Shown piece by piece: positions 27,950-41,215 of a DNA stretch of 64,000 nt. Each line of letters opens with the position of its first letter. Position 1 is the first letter of the stretch. Under the pieces are notes generated by a model. It was not told the origin of the DNA. It saw only the letters and a program-made list of their open reading frames with translations, and made no database searches. The position numbers and the translations under genes were made by a program. This DNA comes from Octopus sinensis (taxonomy: Eukaryota), in NCBI RefSeq assembly GCF_006345805.1, contig NC_043002.1, positions 12,586,001 to 12,650,000 of the forward strand, read 5' to 3'.

Positions 27950-28760
27950 TTTATGGACATTTCGATTCTTATCTTCGCAAACATAGGATGAATTTGATTA
28001 GATAAAATACTTAAATAGTCTTGACTACTAATTCTGCCATGAAGAGAAACCATCGGGCTGGCGGATTTCCAAGATATAGCCCCCACTCCAGATCATCACA
28101 GATCCTACTCCATGTTTAACAGTTGGAAGAAGGCAGTCTTAATCAAATGCTTCTTTTGGATATCTCCACATGTATACTCGCCCGGTGGTCGAAAATAAGG
28201 TAAAGGATGACACGTCCGAGAAAATAACATTATTCCACAGTTCTAGGGACCAATTATATAGATTTTTACTCCACTCTAAATGCTTTGCAACGTTTGTTTT
28301 TGAAAGTAGTGATTTTCTGATTGCTACTCTCCCGTGAAATCCGGCTTTATGTAGCTCCCGACGAAGAGTTTTTATGGAAACTGGGTTCTCGAGGTGGTCA
28401 TTAAGCTCTGCATTAAATTTGGAAGCTGTACTTCTGTGATCCTTTCTAACAATTCACGTAAGAATCCAACGGTCCTTATCTAAAAGTTTTGGTTTTCTTC
28501 CGGAGATTTGATTTGACGAGGAGGTTTTTCCCTCTTTCTCAAAGGCTGTCATTACTTTCGAAACAGCACTTCCTGATACAGCAAACATTTCGGCGACTGT
28601 TTTCGTTATGCTAGCGCCTGCCATGCGAGCACCAACAATTTGAACTCTTTGAAAGTCTGATAGATTTGTCATTTTAATGAATTTTAATTAACTCTTTTAG
28701 ATGATATCTGAAAAGAAACAGCAATTTTAGCAAAACACCAAAAAACATAAAGATAAACAA
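27950..28760 (-). pseudogene. Tc1-family transposase pseudogene next to the assembly gap
   Basis: LSDFQRVQIVGARMAGASITK (HTH), GRKPKL, TLRRELHKAGFHGRVAIRK, VIFSDVSSF, PTVKHGVGSVMIW; frameshifted. Confidence 0.9.
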
Positions 28761-28797
28761 GCTTTTAATGGTTTTATAGATATTTCAATATTATGAT

Positions 28798-28897
28798 NNN
28801 NNNNNNNNNNNNNNNNNNNNNNNNNNNNNNNNNNNNNNNNNNNNNNNNNNNNNNNNNNNNNNNNNNNNNNNNNNNNNNNNNNNNNNNNNNNNNNNNN
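28798..28897. other. Assembly gap (100 N)
   Basis: Run of N. Confidence 1.
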
Positions 28898-29196
28898 TAT
28901 GCATATACTCATAATACTCAGACACATATATGTTACATGCCATTTGTGTTTTGTAAAGCAGACGTAGGTGTATTGCGTTACGTTTGTATGTAATGTATAA
29001 ATAGGCTACTACGACTACTACTTACTACTACTACTACTACTACTAACTACTACTACTTACTACACTACTACTTAATACTACTACTACTAATGCTGCTGCT
29101 GCCTGCTGCCACTACTACTACTACTGGCTGCTGCTGCTGCCAACTAACGCTACTACTACTGCTGCTGCTGCTGCCACTACTACTAGTATACTACTA

Positions 29197-29229
<33 letters not shown>

Positions 29230-29291
29230 CTACAGCTGCTGCTGATGCTACTACTACTACTGTAAAATGATAATAAGTAATAATAATAATA

Positions 29292-29330
<39 letters not shown>

Positions 29331-29627
29331 TATATTCCAACTTGTCTCTTAAGGTCTCATGGTGAGACTTGGAGCCAACTTGTAACAAATGCAAAGCAAA
29401 AGTCAACAATAAAATAATAATAATAATTAATAATAATAAGATAATATAATTAAAAAATAATAATAAAATAACAATAATAATAATAATAATAATGATATAT
29501 AATAATAATATAATAATAAAATAATAATAAAATTAAAAATAATAATAAAAATAACAATAATAATAATAATAAATAATAATATAATAATAATATAATATAA
29601 TAAGAAGAAGAAGAAGAAGAAAAGAAA

Positions 29628-30295
29628 TATTACAAGTAACTGCAGAATATGTGGAGATGGACAAGAAAAATAAATCATATTATCTCTAGCTGCCCAGTCC
29701 TGGCTAAAAGGAATATATTCACAGACATGACAGAGTTGGAACCTACATACATTGGAAGCTATGCCAACATTATGGAATAACAACAGAAAAAAAGATGGTA
29801 TAGGCACACCAGAAAGGTCACAGAAAACGAGAAAGCAACCATACTCTGGGATATGCCGATACACACAGATAGAGAAATTAAGGCCAACAGACCAGATATA
29901 GTTGTCAGAGATCATGAAAAAAAAAATGCTTTCTAATTGATGTATCAATACCGGCTGATGACAACGTGTCTCTAAAAGAAATGGAGAAACTCTCAAAATA
30001 CAAAGACCTGGAAATAGAGGTAACTAGAATGTGGAATCTGAAAACAGAAACAATTCCTATCATACTAGGTGCATTAGGCATAAAAAAAATTCAGACAAAT
30101 ACATAACAAAAACACCAGGACTTACAAACACATATAACATACAGAAAATTGCACTACTAGGCACTGCACACATCCTACGCAGAACACTTTCCATACAATA
30201 ACCATCAGAGCATCACAACAAATCACAGCACATACCCAAGGCACACAGAGCTGTGCTCGGTAGTGAAGTGAAAGCACGCTATAAAAATAAAACTA

Positions 30296-30300
<5 letters not shown>
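29628..30300 (+). mobile_element. 5'-truncated R4/Dong-type LINE (CCHC knuckle + restriction-like endonuclease + 3' UTR) inserted in (TAA)n
   Basis: CRICGDGQE..HIISSCPVLA..YIHRHDRVG..HWKLC, ILWDMPIHTDREIKANRPDIVV, LIDVSIP, EKLSKYKDL..IPIILGALG, with a few frameshifts. TAA repeats on both sides. Confidence 0.9.
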
Positions 30301-30333
<33 letters not shown>

Positions 30334-31479
30334 TAATAATAATAATAAGAAGAAGAAGAAGAAGATGCAAAAAGATATATACATAAAATAAGTACCAGGA
30401 TTTAAAAGATATTCTAAGGTCGAATCATTCGACTGAAATTCTTCAAGGCGGTGCCCCAGCATGGCCGCAGTCTCATGATTGAAACAAGGAAAGAATAAAA
30501 AGATTTTATTTTTACTCTTTTATTTGTTTCAGTCACTTGTCTGTGGCCATGCTGGAGCACCGCAATTGGTCGAACCAGTCGATGCCAGGACTTATTCTTT
30601 GTAAGCCTGATACTTATCCAATCGGTCCGTTTTGCTGAACCGTTAAGTTACGGGGACGTAAACACACCAACATCGGTTGTCAAGCGATGATGGGAGGACA
30701 AACACACATACACTCATACACACACTTATATATATGTACATATATACGACAGGCTTCTTTCAGTTTCCGTCTACCAAATCCACTCACAAGGTTTTGGGTC
30801 GGCCCGAGGCTATAGTAGAAGACACTTGTCCAAGGTGCCACGCAGTGGGACTGAACCCGGAACCATGTGGTTGGTAAGCGAGCTACTTACCACACAGCCA
30901 CTCCTGCGCCTGTTTATTTATTTATTTATTTATCTATTTATCTTTTAACGGTGTCCGTTCCGAAGTTTCACCGATTTGTTGGCATGTCAAAAGAATCACG
31001 CATTGTGAATGTAGCTATTTTGAGAAATTGCATGTCTTGTGTGTGCTTAGGTAGATACACACCTGTAAAGCAAATAATCATAGATTAAGGACACATTTGC
31101 AGGTACAAATACACACAGATACAAACAGCAGAGAAAGAGTCAGACAGCCAGCCAGACAGACAAAGAAACGAGTGAAAAAGTAAGAAAGAGAGGGAAAGGT
31201 TTTTCTAAGTAAACATAGGAATAATGAGTTTATAATTAGAGGTCATTATGTTTGTTGATCAGTATTTAATATATATGTTAAAGCGGCGAGCTGGCAGAAA
31301 AGGTATAGGCGTAGGAGTGGCTGTGTGGTAAGTAGCTTGCTTACCAACAACATTGTTCCGGGTTCAGTCCCACTGCGTGGTACCTTCGGAAAGTGTCTTC
31401 TACTGTAGCCTCGGGCCGACCAAAGCCTTGTGAGTGGATTTGATAGACGGAAAGTGAAAGAAGCCCGTCATATGTATGT

Positions 31480-31537
<58 letters not shown>

Positions 31538-31784
31538 ATGTATGTGTGCGTAAACACACCAACATCGGTTGTCAAGCGATGGTGGAAGGACAAACACACA
31601 CACACATATAGATATATACGACAGGCTTCTTTCAGTTTCCGTCTACCAAATCCACTCACAAGGCTTTGGTCGGCCCGAGGTTATAGTAGAAGACACTTGC
31701 CCAAAGTGCCACGCAGTGGGACTGAACCCGGAACCATGTGGTTGGTAAGCGAGCTACTTACCACACAGCCACTGCTGCGCCTAT

Positions 31785-31821
<37 letters not shown>

Positions 31822-31843
31822 TTTATCTTTTAACGGTGTCCGT

Positions 31844-31944
<101 letters not shown>

Positions 31945-32723
31945 ATATGTATGTGTGCGTATATGTTTGTGTGTCTGTGTTTGTCCCCCAACATCGCTTG
32001 ACAATCGATGCTGGTGTGTTTACGCCCCCGTAACTTAGCGGCAAAAGGGACCGATAGAATAACTATTAGGCTTACAAAGAATAAGTCCTGGGGGTCAATT
32101 TGCTCGACTAAAGGCGGTGCTCCAGCATGGCCACAGTCAAATGACTGAAACAAGTAAAAGAGTAAAGAGAGAGTAAAGAATGCTTAGCGGTATTTCGTCT
32201 GCTGTTACGTTCTGAGTTCAAATTCCGCTGAGGACGTCTTTGCCTTTCATCCTTTCGTAGTCGATATATTAAGTACCAGTTGCCTACTGGGGTTGATCTA
32301 ATTGATTGACGCCCCCCACTCCAAAAATTTGGAGCCTTGTGCCTAGTGTAGAAAAGTGTATTTAATATATATTGTTATTGGAAGGCGGTGTGCTAACGTT
32401 TCTTATTTCTTTATTGACCACAAGAGAGGATAAGCAAGGACGGACAAACGGATTAAGTCAATTACATCGACCCCAGTGCGTAACTGGTACTTATTTAATC
32501 GACCCCGAAAGGATGAAAGGCAAAGTCGACCTCGGTGGAATTGGAACTCAGAAAGTAACCGCAGTCGAAATACTGCTAAGCATTTCGCCGCCTTGGGACG
32601 GACGAAATATGGCTAAACACTTTTGGAGACGTGATAACGATTCTGACAACTTCCCTCCTGTGAAGTATGTAATAATGTCGGTTTGGTCATTTAAATCCTT
32701 GTAATAATTGTGCTGGAGGTATA

Positions 32724-32939
32724 CGAGGGGGTGCTGAAAAGTTTTTGGCTTTAGGCAAAAGAAAATACTGGAAGTTCAGTTAAATAGGATTATATTCAAC
32801 ATATTCTCCTCTCAGCTTCACAGACTTAATGCAACAGAACTTCAGATTTTCGAAGTCATGTAGAGGAACTCTGAAGTTGAGCCTCCTGTCAGGCCTTTCG
32901 CGATATTCTTAAAGCCAAGAACTTTCCAGCATCACTTCG
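32724..32939. mobile_element. Mariner-type MITE (~216 bp) with TA target duplication
   Basis: TA|CGAGGGGGTGCTGAAAAGTTTTTGGCTTTA ... TAAAGCCAAGAACTTTCCAGCATCACTTCG|TA imperfect TIRs. Confidence 0.8.
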
Positions 32940-34343
32940 TATGTATGCATATGGTCGTTCCTTCACTTGCGGTTATGTATGTATGTATGTATAACGTCAG
33001 ATCACTTGTCCCGCATGAATGCTACTGGTACCATGGAATTTAATACGACACGTTGTATGGTCGGGTTGTCGGCGACTAAAACGGCAACCCCGCTAGGCTT
33101 GGCTGTTGAAGAAGGGTGTTAGAAACCCAGCAGGGATAAAAGCAATCCCTATCAAAAGGACAGATGAATCCTGTGTAGATTCAACGACCATCTAGCAATA
33201 GCACAGACCCTAAAAAATTCAGGGTTGGTGTCTGGCATGCTGGAAGACGACTGGGAGTGAGATAGCCAGGAGCTTTTGCTAAAACATGCCTCGAGAAGGA
33301 CCCTGATATGAAACCGGAGAATCAATGAATAGCAGTGGACATTATTTTGATCTTTTCCATGCGCTTGAGATCATAGCGTTCTCACAATCCCAAGCCTGTA
33401 ACCCATAATGGGACCGGATGTCTCTTGCCCTGGTTTGTCACTAGATCATGTCAATGGGTTTGAAAGGGTCTGTGAGGTGTTGTACAAGCCTTATTGAACC
33501 TAAAAGTTTAGATTGCACAACTGCTGGCGAGGCGACATTCCGACGCCCAGTCGAGTAAGTTGGCGCCGTGGAAGCATGGAAACTGGGATATGAATCAAGG
33601 TAAAGCTGACCTTGAGTGCAATAACCACTTGCAAGGGCGATGCTGATATTATGCATGGGAAACGGTCAGTGATGGTCGTCCTCAGTCACGAGGACAGCCA
33701 CGTATGTATGTATGTATGTATGTATGTATGTATGTATGTATGTATGTATGTATGTATGTATGTATGTATGAATGTATATATGAATGTATGTATGTATGCA
33801 TGTATGTATGCATGCAGGCATGTATGCTTGTATGCATGCCATTATTCAATTTATTTCAAGATTTCTTGCCTTTAGAGAAACAATCGGTTTTTAATCTAAA
33901 TTCTAGGCCCCTTCATTGGAATTTCAACATCAACAACAGGGTATTTTTGTATGTATGTATGTATGTATGTATGTATGTATGTATGTATGCATGCATGTGC
34001 AGATATGTATCTTTTATGTACGTATTCTCATGCATATAGTTGCATATTTAGACATGCTCATATATATTTAAATGATAAACTTCTGGAAAGTTTTACAGAT
34101 TTTTACTGTTCCAGTGATGAATTGGATCTGCAGTTTTCGTATTAGCTTTCTTCTTTCTGGTTTAGAGAAGCCTAATTTCTCAAGATCGGTATTTAGGCAG
34201 TGTGTTACATGTCCCAGGGCCCCAATAATTACAGGTATAAACCTGAACTTGTAATCCTGAAATGTATGTGTGTATGTATGTATGTGTGTATGTATGTATG
34301 TATGTATGTATGTATCTATCTATCTATCTATCTATCTATCTAC

Positions 34344-34401
<58 letters not shown>

Positions 34402-35499
34402 CTTTTGCATGACACTATTGCCCAAGGTTCCCGTGGTATTTTCCGTAGGCTTTTCTATCCACGGACAAACCTAACCTGTTTTCCCTTTTTACATTGACAT
34501 TTCTGCGATACACGATCCCTGTTGATCGGTCCCACTTTTCTTTTTTCTTTTTCTTTTTCCCGATCCCTTATGATCGGAATTCGCCCCCCCCCACCTTTTC
34601 CCCTTCTCTTCTTCCCAAAAAGAAAAGCTCTACTTTGTATTTTGCTCCTTCTGTGGCCAATAAAGAAATCTATCCATGCATGCAGGCATGTATGTATGTC
34701 CTCCTGTATTTTTAATTGTTTAACATCTTGTAAAGAAAGAACTGGTTGGAACTTGAAAAAGTCTGTCTCTCTGGTAGATTGTATTTGCAACGTGCAAGTT
34801 AGCGGAGCGATTTCTTTCTCTGAAAGCCCCGGCTTTTCCAGACTGTCACTAAAGCACTTACCCACAAAAACCAAGTGTACCTATTTTATTGGTATAAATG
34901 TGAATTTACAATCTGGATATTTTCTTAAAGACTCCGCCGGTTACGACGACGAGGGTCCCAGCTGATACGATCAACGGAACAGCTTGCTCGTGAAATTAAC
35001 GTGCAAATGGCTGAGCATTCCACAGACACGTGTACCCTTAACGTAGTTCTCGGGGATAATCAGCGTGACACAGAGAGTGACAAGGCTGACCCTTTGAAAT
35101 ACAAGTACAACTCATTTTTGCCAGCTGAGTGGACTGGAGCAACGTGAAATAAAGTGTCTTGCTCAAGGACACAACGCGTCACCGGGAATCGAACTCACAA
35201 CCTTACGATCATGAGCCGAATGCCCTAACCACTAAGCCACGCGCCCTAACCACTAAGCCACGCGCCCTCACCACAATCTGGATATAGAACTTGGGATGTT
35301 CCGGAGCAGTTGTCCACAGCTTTCTTCTTTCTGTTTGATTTTTGAAGAGATACGATCTGGACATGCGGTTTGTGTTTGGTTGTGTAAATTTCTGAGTTGA
35401 TAAACATGTCAAACGCACTTGTTACGAAGTCTCTATAAGAAATAAATTACCGCTACCCCCACCCCCGACTGACAAACATAGAGATATAGACTTTTCAGA

Positions 35500-35532
<33 letters not shown>

Positions 35533-35667
35533 GCCATATGTATGTAGGGTATGTATCTGTATTGGTATGTATTGATAGCTATGTGTCCATGTATATAAGT
35601 ATTAATGTATGTATGCATGGGAGTACGTATGTATGAATGTATGTATATATGTATGCATGTATGTATG

Positions 35668-35751
<84 letters not shown>

Positions 35752-36187
35752 GAGTGTATGTGTGTATGTATATATGTACTGAGAAAGTGAGCAATTGAGT
35801 AATCAATCGAACTTATTTACGTCTGATATTAGTGTGCATGTATGTATTTATGTATGTATATATATACACACACATACATACATATATATACATTATGTAC
35901 ATGTGTGTGCGTATATATATGTATATATGCATATATGTGTGTGTGTATATATATATATATGTGTATATATATATGTATATGCTTATCTGTGTATTTGTAT
36001 ATACATGTATGCATGTCTGCATACGCACTTGTATGTATGTGTGTATGTACGTATGTATGTTTGTGTATGTATGTATATGTGTGTATGTGTGTATGTATGT
36101 ATGTACGTATGTATGTGTGTATGTATGTGTGTATGCATGTATAGTGTGGATAAGATTTTAAATCCGCCTGACAGCGAGGTGTAGAAC

Positions 36188-36506
36188 ATGAACCGACCTC
36201 AACAAATCACTTTCCTCTTCAACTCACCACTTATAATCCTTCTACAATGTGGATGTGGAAGTGGTGGCAATCATGGTATGATAGATGTAAGCAAGTTGTG
36301 TGCGCATAACGAAGGTTACCAATATGTAAAAACCCCGCTCAACTGCAACCAATTCTACGACTGCCGAAGACAGGAATATACTTTCCGGAAGCTGTATTCA
36401 TGCCTGGCTGATGAAATATTTGCACAGCCAATAGAATTGTGCGTTATTAAAGACGACGGGGCAATAGAAGCTTATTGTAAGAAGACCATTGATGTACGAC
36501 TAACTA
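36188..36506 (+). CDS. Gene A exon 1: probable signal peptide + chitin-binding peritrophin-A (CBM14/ChtBD2) domain 1
   Basis: [24 protein letters not shown]... then C-x14-C-x5-C-x12-C-x12-C-x11-C ([23 protein letters not shown]...[16 protein letters not shown]...YC), matching peritrophin-A spacing. Ends at a phase-1 donor ACTA|GTGAGT (36506/36507), just before (TCTA)n. The start codon is less certain than the domain. Confidence 0.85.
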
Positions 36507-36529
36507 GTGAGTACCAACCGACTTATTTA

Positions 36530-36625
<96 letters not shown>

Positions 36626-36653
36626 CCAACCTACCTACCTACCTATCTGTCTG

Positions 36654-36736
<83 letters not shown>

Positions 36737-36821
36737 GTCTGTCTGTCTGCTGTCTGTCTCTCTCTGCCTTCTGTCTGTCTGTCTCCCTCTCTCTATCTCT
36801 CTCCATCCGTCCGTGTGTCCG

Positions 36822-36960
<139 letters not shown>

Positions 36961-37099
36961 GTCTGTCTATCCATCCATCCGTTCATCTGGCTTTGGACTC
37001 CGGCCATTCTGGAGCACTGCCTTCAATATTTTTATAACTTATTCTACATTAAGCCAAGATGTCTTCCTATGTGTTTCATGATGCATATTGTTCTAATTG

Positions 37100-37720
37100 T
37101 AATGTCCCTATGTATTGTCTTGTCACTTTTAACTTTCGCTTCTTTAGCTTTTGAGATGGTTCCTGATCTTCATATTCTTCCCCTTCAATACTTTGAAAAT
37201 AAAACAAGGATCTTTCTATATAATTTTCCTGTTTGTATTGTTGCTTTCTTCCTCTGCGAATTTTACTTTTAATTCTTCCTTTTTTTTTCTTTATGCCAAC
37301 AAAAGCGCCTCTTTGCTGCCAGCCATGTCCTTCCTTCATCTCTCTATTTCTACTTCCACACAGTTTTCTATCCTTATAAATATCCTTTCTCTGTCTTTTG
37401 TACTGGAATACAATCTCTCAACATCTACCTGTTAATTGCCAGCGATTTCTTCTTCTATTTATATTCCCAAGAAATCCTTCGTCTATTTGCTTATTCCGGT
37501 GTTGTACCTAATTGACGGATTTCCCTGTTGGTTAATAGTTTGTCTTTTGATCCCTTTGAATCTCTCCAGCACCATTCCTGTTCTTTAAAGAGAAGCTTAT
37601 GTTCCTCTAGATATGTACACCTCTTGTTCGCCAATGTATTTGTTAGCAGTTTCCACAACAGTCGCAAGGAATAGTAAATATGCTTAGGCATAGAGTTTCT
37701 GGTACTGATTAGAAAATATA
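37100..37720 (-). mobile_element. R4/Dong-type LINE RT fragment
   Basis: LWKLLTNTLANKRCTYLEEHKLLFKEQEWCWRDSKGSKDKLLTN resembles R4/Dong RT domains 1-2. The left boundary is approximate. Confidence 0.7.
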
Positions 37721-37724
37721 GATC

Positions 37725-38786
37725 TGTTCATAATGGCCCTCTCAGACATGCCCTCAGCCACGCAGAGAGCCACGATCACAAGTTATGCAGATGATACAAA
37801 AGTTTCACAGGCAATACAGAACCCTGAGGACACTAAACACCTGCAATGTGAGCTGGACGAAATATACAAATGGGCTGAAAAGAATAGCATGCAGTTCAAT
37901 GCTGGAAAGTTTCAAGCTTTATACTATCAGCATGCAAAACTGAATGCAATACCCAATGAATACACTGGACCCGGAGGGATTGCAATCCCAGAGGCACAAT
38001 CAGTGCGTGACCTGGGTATTCACATGAGTGATGACGCGACCTTTCATGTACATGTTGCTAAACTGACAATGAAATGTAGACGGCTGGCTGGATGGATTCT
38101 TAGAACCTTTAGAACAAGAGAACAAAAAACCATGATGGTCCTCTGGAAGACACTTGTCCTAAGCCACTTTGACTATTGCTCTCAGCTATGGTCACCATCC
38201 AGTGTCAAGTTGATCACAGAACTTGAGGCGATCCAACGAAGCTACACAAAGAAGATAGCCTCTATGCAGAATGTAAGCTACTGGGAAAGACTCAAGAGAT
38301 TAAAATTATATTCTCTGGAGCGTAGGCGGGAAAGATATGCCATAATATACATCTGGAAGATCCTGGAGGGAAGTGTCCTGAACTTTGGCATCGAGAGTTA
38401 CGCAAATGCCAGAACTGGGCGCCACTGCGTGGTGCCTAGGACTCCAAACCTGCCATCAAGATGTAGGACAAGATTCTGTGATAGCCTGGGCTTCCGAGGC
38501 CCACAGCTCTTCAATATCCTCCCGAAGAACCTGAGAGACCTGCATGGGGTGGATACAGATGTCTTTAAAATGAAGCTGGATCTCTTCCTGTCAGGTGTCC
38601 CAGATGAACCAACTTCACGGCAGGAGGGGCAGATGAGGGCAGCTGCATCGAACTCTCTCATGCACCAAATAGCAGTTGCTAGAAAGCCTCCATGAAGTGA
38701 AACCAAGTAGCAACACCAAATGGCGGTGCCCCAGCATGGCCACAGCTCATAAGCTGAAACTAGAATCAATCAATCAATCAATCAAT
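37725..38786 (+). mobile_element. 5'-truncated CR1/L2-group LINE (RT C-terminal half, 3' UTR, (AATC)n tail) in gene A intron
   Basis: 320-aa open frame with SYADDTK, QFNAGKFQ, VRDLGI, LSHFDYCSQLWSP, YWERLKRLKLYSLERRRER; short 3' UTR; tandem AATC tail. Confidence 0.93.
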
Positions 38787-39294
38787 CTTGATAATAACCC
38801 TGTAATTTTCTCGTTGAAAACTACGAATAGATGTGAATAGTGGTCGAACGAACGAACACCGAAATTGCAAATGCGGTAGGACCAACTAACCGAGTGATTT
38901 TTACCCGATACAGAGAAAAAGGAAAATTCTTCACTTTCACACGCTACTATTAACCTCGCAGTTGTAGCAACAACACACGTATTCAAGAGCTGAAGCCAGA
39001 AGAATAACTGCAGCCGCAACAGCTGGGTAAGAAATAACAACAGAGACAGAGAAATAAAAAATAGCCACAACAACAACCTAGTTTGTGATAGACACCTACT
39101 GAGTAGTCCACAAAGAACTTTACCTAACAAAAGAAATATTGCTAAATATTAGTCAAATGGACAACAACAACAGCAACAACAACAGCTAAAACAAGAGATA
39201 CTAGAGCAGAAAGAGCAACAACTGCATAAACCACAGCAATAAAACAGGCAAGAAAGCAACAAAAATAGCAGCATCACCGTCAAAAGCTATCTGG

Positions 39295-39680
39295 ATGGAA
39301 GCACTCCGTCGGTTACGACGACGAGGGTTCCGGTTGATCCGAATCAACGGAACAGCCTGCTCGTGAAATTAACGTGTAAGTGGCTGAGCACTCCACAGAC
39401 ACGTGTACCCTTAACGTAGTTCTCGGGGATATTCAGCGTGACACAGAGAGCGACAAGGTCGGCCCCTTGAAATACAGGTACAACAGAAACAGGAAGTAAG
39501 AGTGAGAGAATGTTGTGGTGAAAGAGTACAGCAGGGATCACCACCATCCCCTGCCGGAGCCTCGTGGAGATTTAGGTGCCTTCGCTCAATAAATACTCAC
39601 AACGCCCGGTCTGGGAATCGAAACCGCGATCCTATGACCGCGAGTCCGCTGCCCTAACCACTGGGCCATTGCGCCTCCGA
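39295..39680 (-). mobile_element. SINE family B (tRNA-derived head); representative full copy
   Basis: Minus strand GGAGGCGCAATGGCCCAGTGGTTAGGGCAGCGGACTCGCGG..GGTTTCGATTCCCAGACCGGGCG. Related copies near 4870-5160, 8745-9030, 18670-18975, 27445-27830, 34935-35270, 44580-44850, 46375-46568 and 60245-60530. Confidence 0.88.
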
Positions 39681-40619
39681 AAAGCTATCTACGACATCAG
39701 CGACAATAACAACACGATAGAGAACCAGGAGCAACAATGGCAATGATGTTAAAAGCAACAAAAGCAAAAATAACATCAAAAGCCACATCAATATCTATAA
39801 AGGTGAAATGCGAAAAAGTTGTTTGATTTCTTGGTTATTTGTCGCATTTTGGGATGGGAACGGTTTAAGGGGTCGGTTTGGCGTCACAATTTACATTGGG
39901 GTGGTGGTGTAAAATGGGGTGGGCAATGGTGTGAGGAGGGTTGCAAGTCGCTCGGGGGTTACCGTTTGGTTGCCACGGTGAAGAATATGGGAAAAGGAGA
40001 AAAGAAAGAGGGGAAGAAGAGAAAGAAAAAAAAAGAAGATAAAGACGAAGAAAAAATTTTAAAAATAAGAAAAAGAAAAAGAAGAGGGCAATAAAAAGAA
40101 CCAGGCAAAGAAGACGAACAAAAGAAGAAAGGGAAAAGGAGACAACACGCAGAAAACACCACCACCAAAACCCGAGCGAAGCACGGGTCAAAATAGCAAG
40201 TCTTTTAATAATACACGGATGAAATTGCTCCATCGTCCTGAAAATTTAGATTAACGAACTGATAAAATTCTTTAAAAACATCAATGACTAGAAATATCAT
40301 AACCTCAACTTTGAATTCCGCACTTCTTTGTCAGTTTTCGGAATTTTCCTAGCCGCCTTCGATCCTGTCTTGTTTTGTCACGTATTGGCCATGTTGGGGG
40401 CTTTTCTTACAATCATATTATCGTGTCACCTAAAAGTTAACTCTTCACAATTTCCGATGTTGGATATCATTTTTCTTCATAATACTCCTTTCTGTCAACC
40501 TCCACAATGTATTTTCAAAAGTGCTTTTCATATATGAATCGGTGTTTCATACTTAAAACAGATACATCGTTGAAGCCTAATTCACTGCTGCATTTGTCTC
40601 GAGATAGAATCTCTAATAA

Positions 40620-41215
40620 GACGTTCGAGCTGGCAGAAACGTTAGCACGCCGGGCGAAATGCTTTGCGGTATTTCGTCTGCCGCTACGTTCTGAGCTCAA
40701 ATTGCGCCGAGGTCGACTTTGCCTTTCATCCTTTCGGGGTCGATTAAATAAGTACCAGTTACGCGCTGGGGTCGATATAATCGACTTAATCCGTTTGTCT
40801 GTCCTTGTCTGTCTTCTCTATGTTTAGCCCCTTGTGGGTAGTAAAGAAATATTATTTCGTCTACCGTTACGTTCTGAGTTCAAATTCCGCCTAGGTCGAT
40901 TTTGCCTTTCATCCTCTCGGGGTCGATAAATTAAGTACCAGTTGCGCACTGGAGTCGATATAATCGACTTAATCCGTTTGTCTGTCCTTGTTTGCCCTTT
41001 CTGTTTTTACCCCCTTGCGGGTAGTAAAGAAATAGGTATTTCGTCTGCCGTTACGTTCTGATTTCAAATTCCGCCGAGGTGGACTTTGCTTTTCATACTT
41101 ACGGGGTCGATAAATTAAGTACTAGTTACGCACTGGAGTTGATGTAATTGACTTAATGTCCTTGTTTGTCCCCTCTATGCTTAGCTCTTTGTGGCAATAA
41201 AGAAATAAGAATCTC
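40620..41215 (+). mobile_element. SINE family C with Deu/Nin-like core, tandemly reiterated
   Basis: Head GAGCTGGCAGAAACGTTAGC..GTTCTGAGTTCAAATTCCGCCG; core GCCTTTCATCCTTTCGGGGTCGATAAATTAAGTACCAG repeated three times. Others near 26820-27250, 32180-32590, 43190-43540, 43995-44200, 55405-55640 and 60700-62350. Confidence 0.82.
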
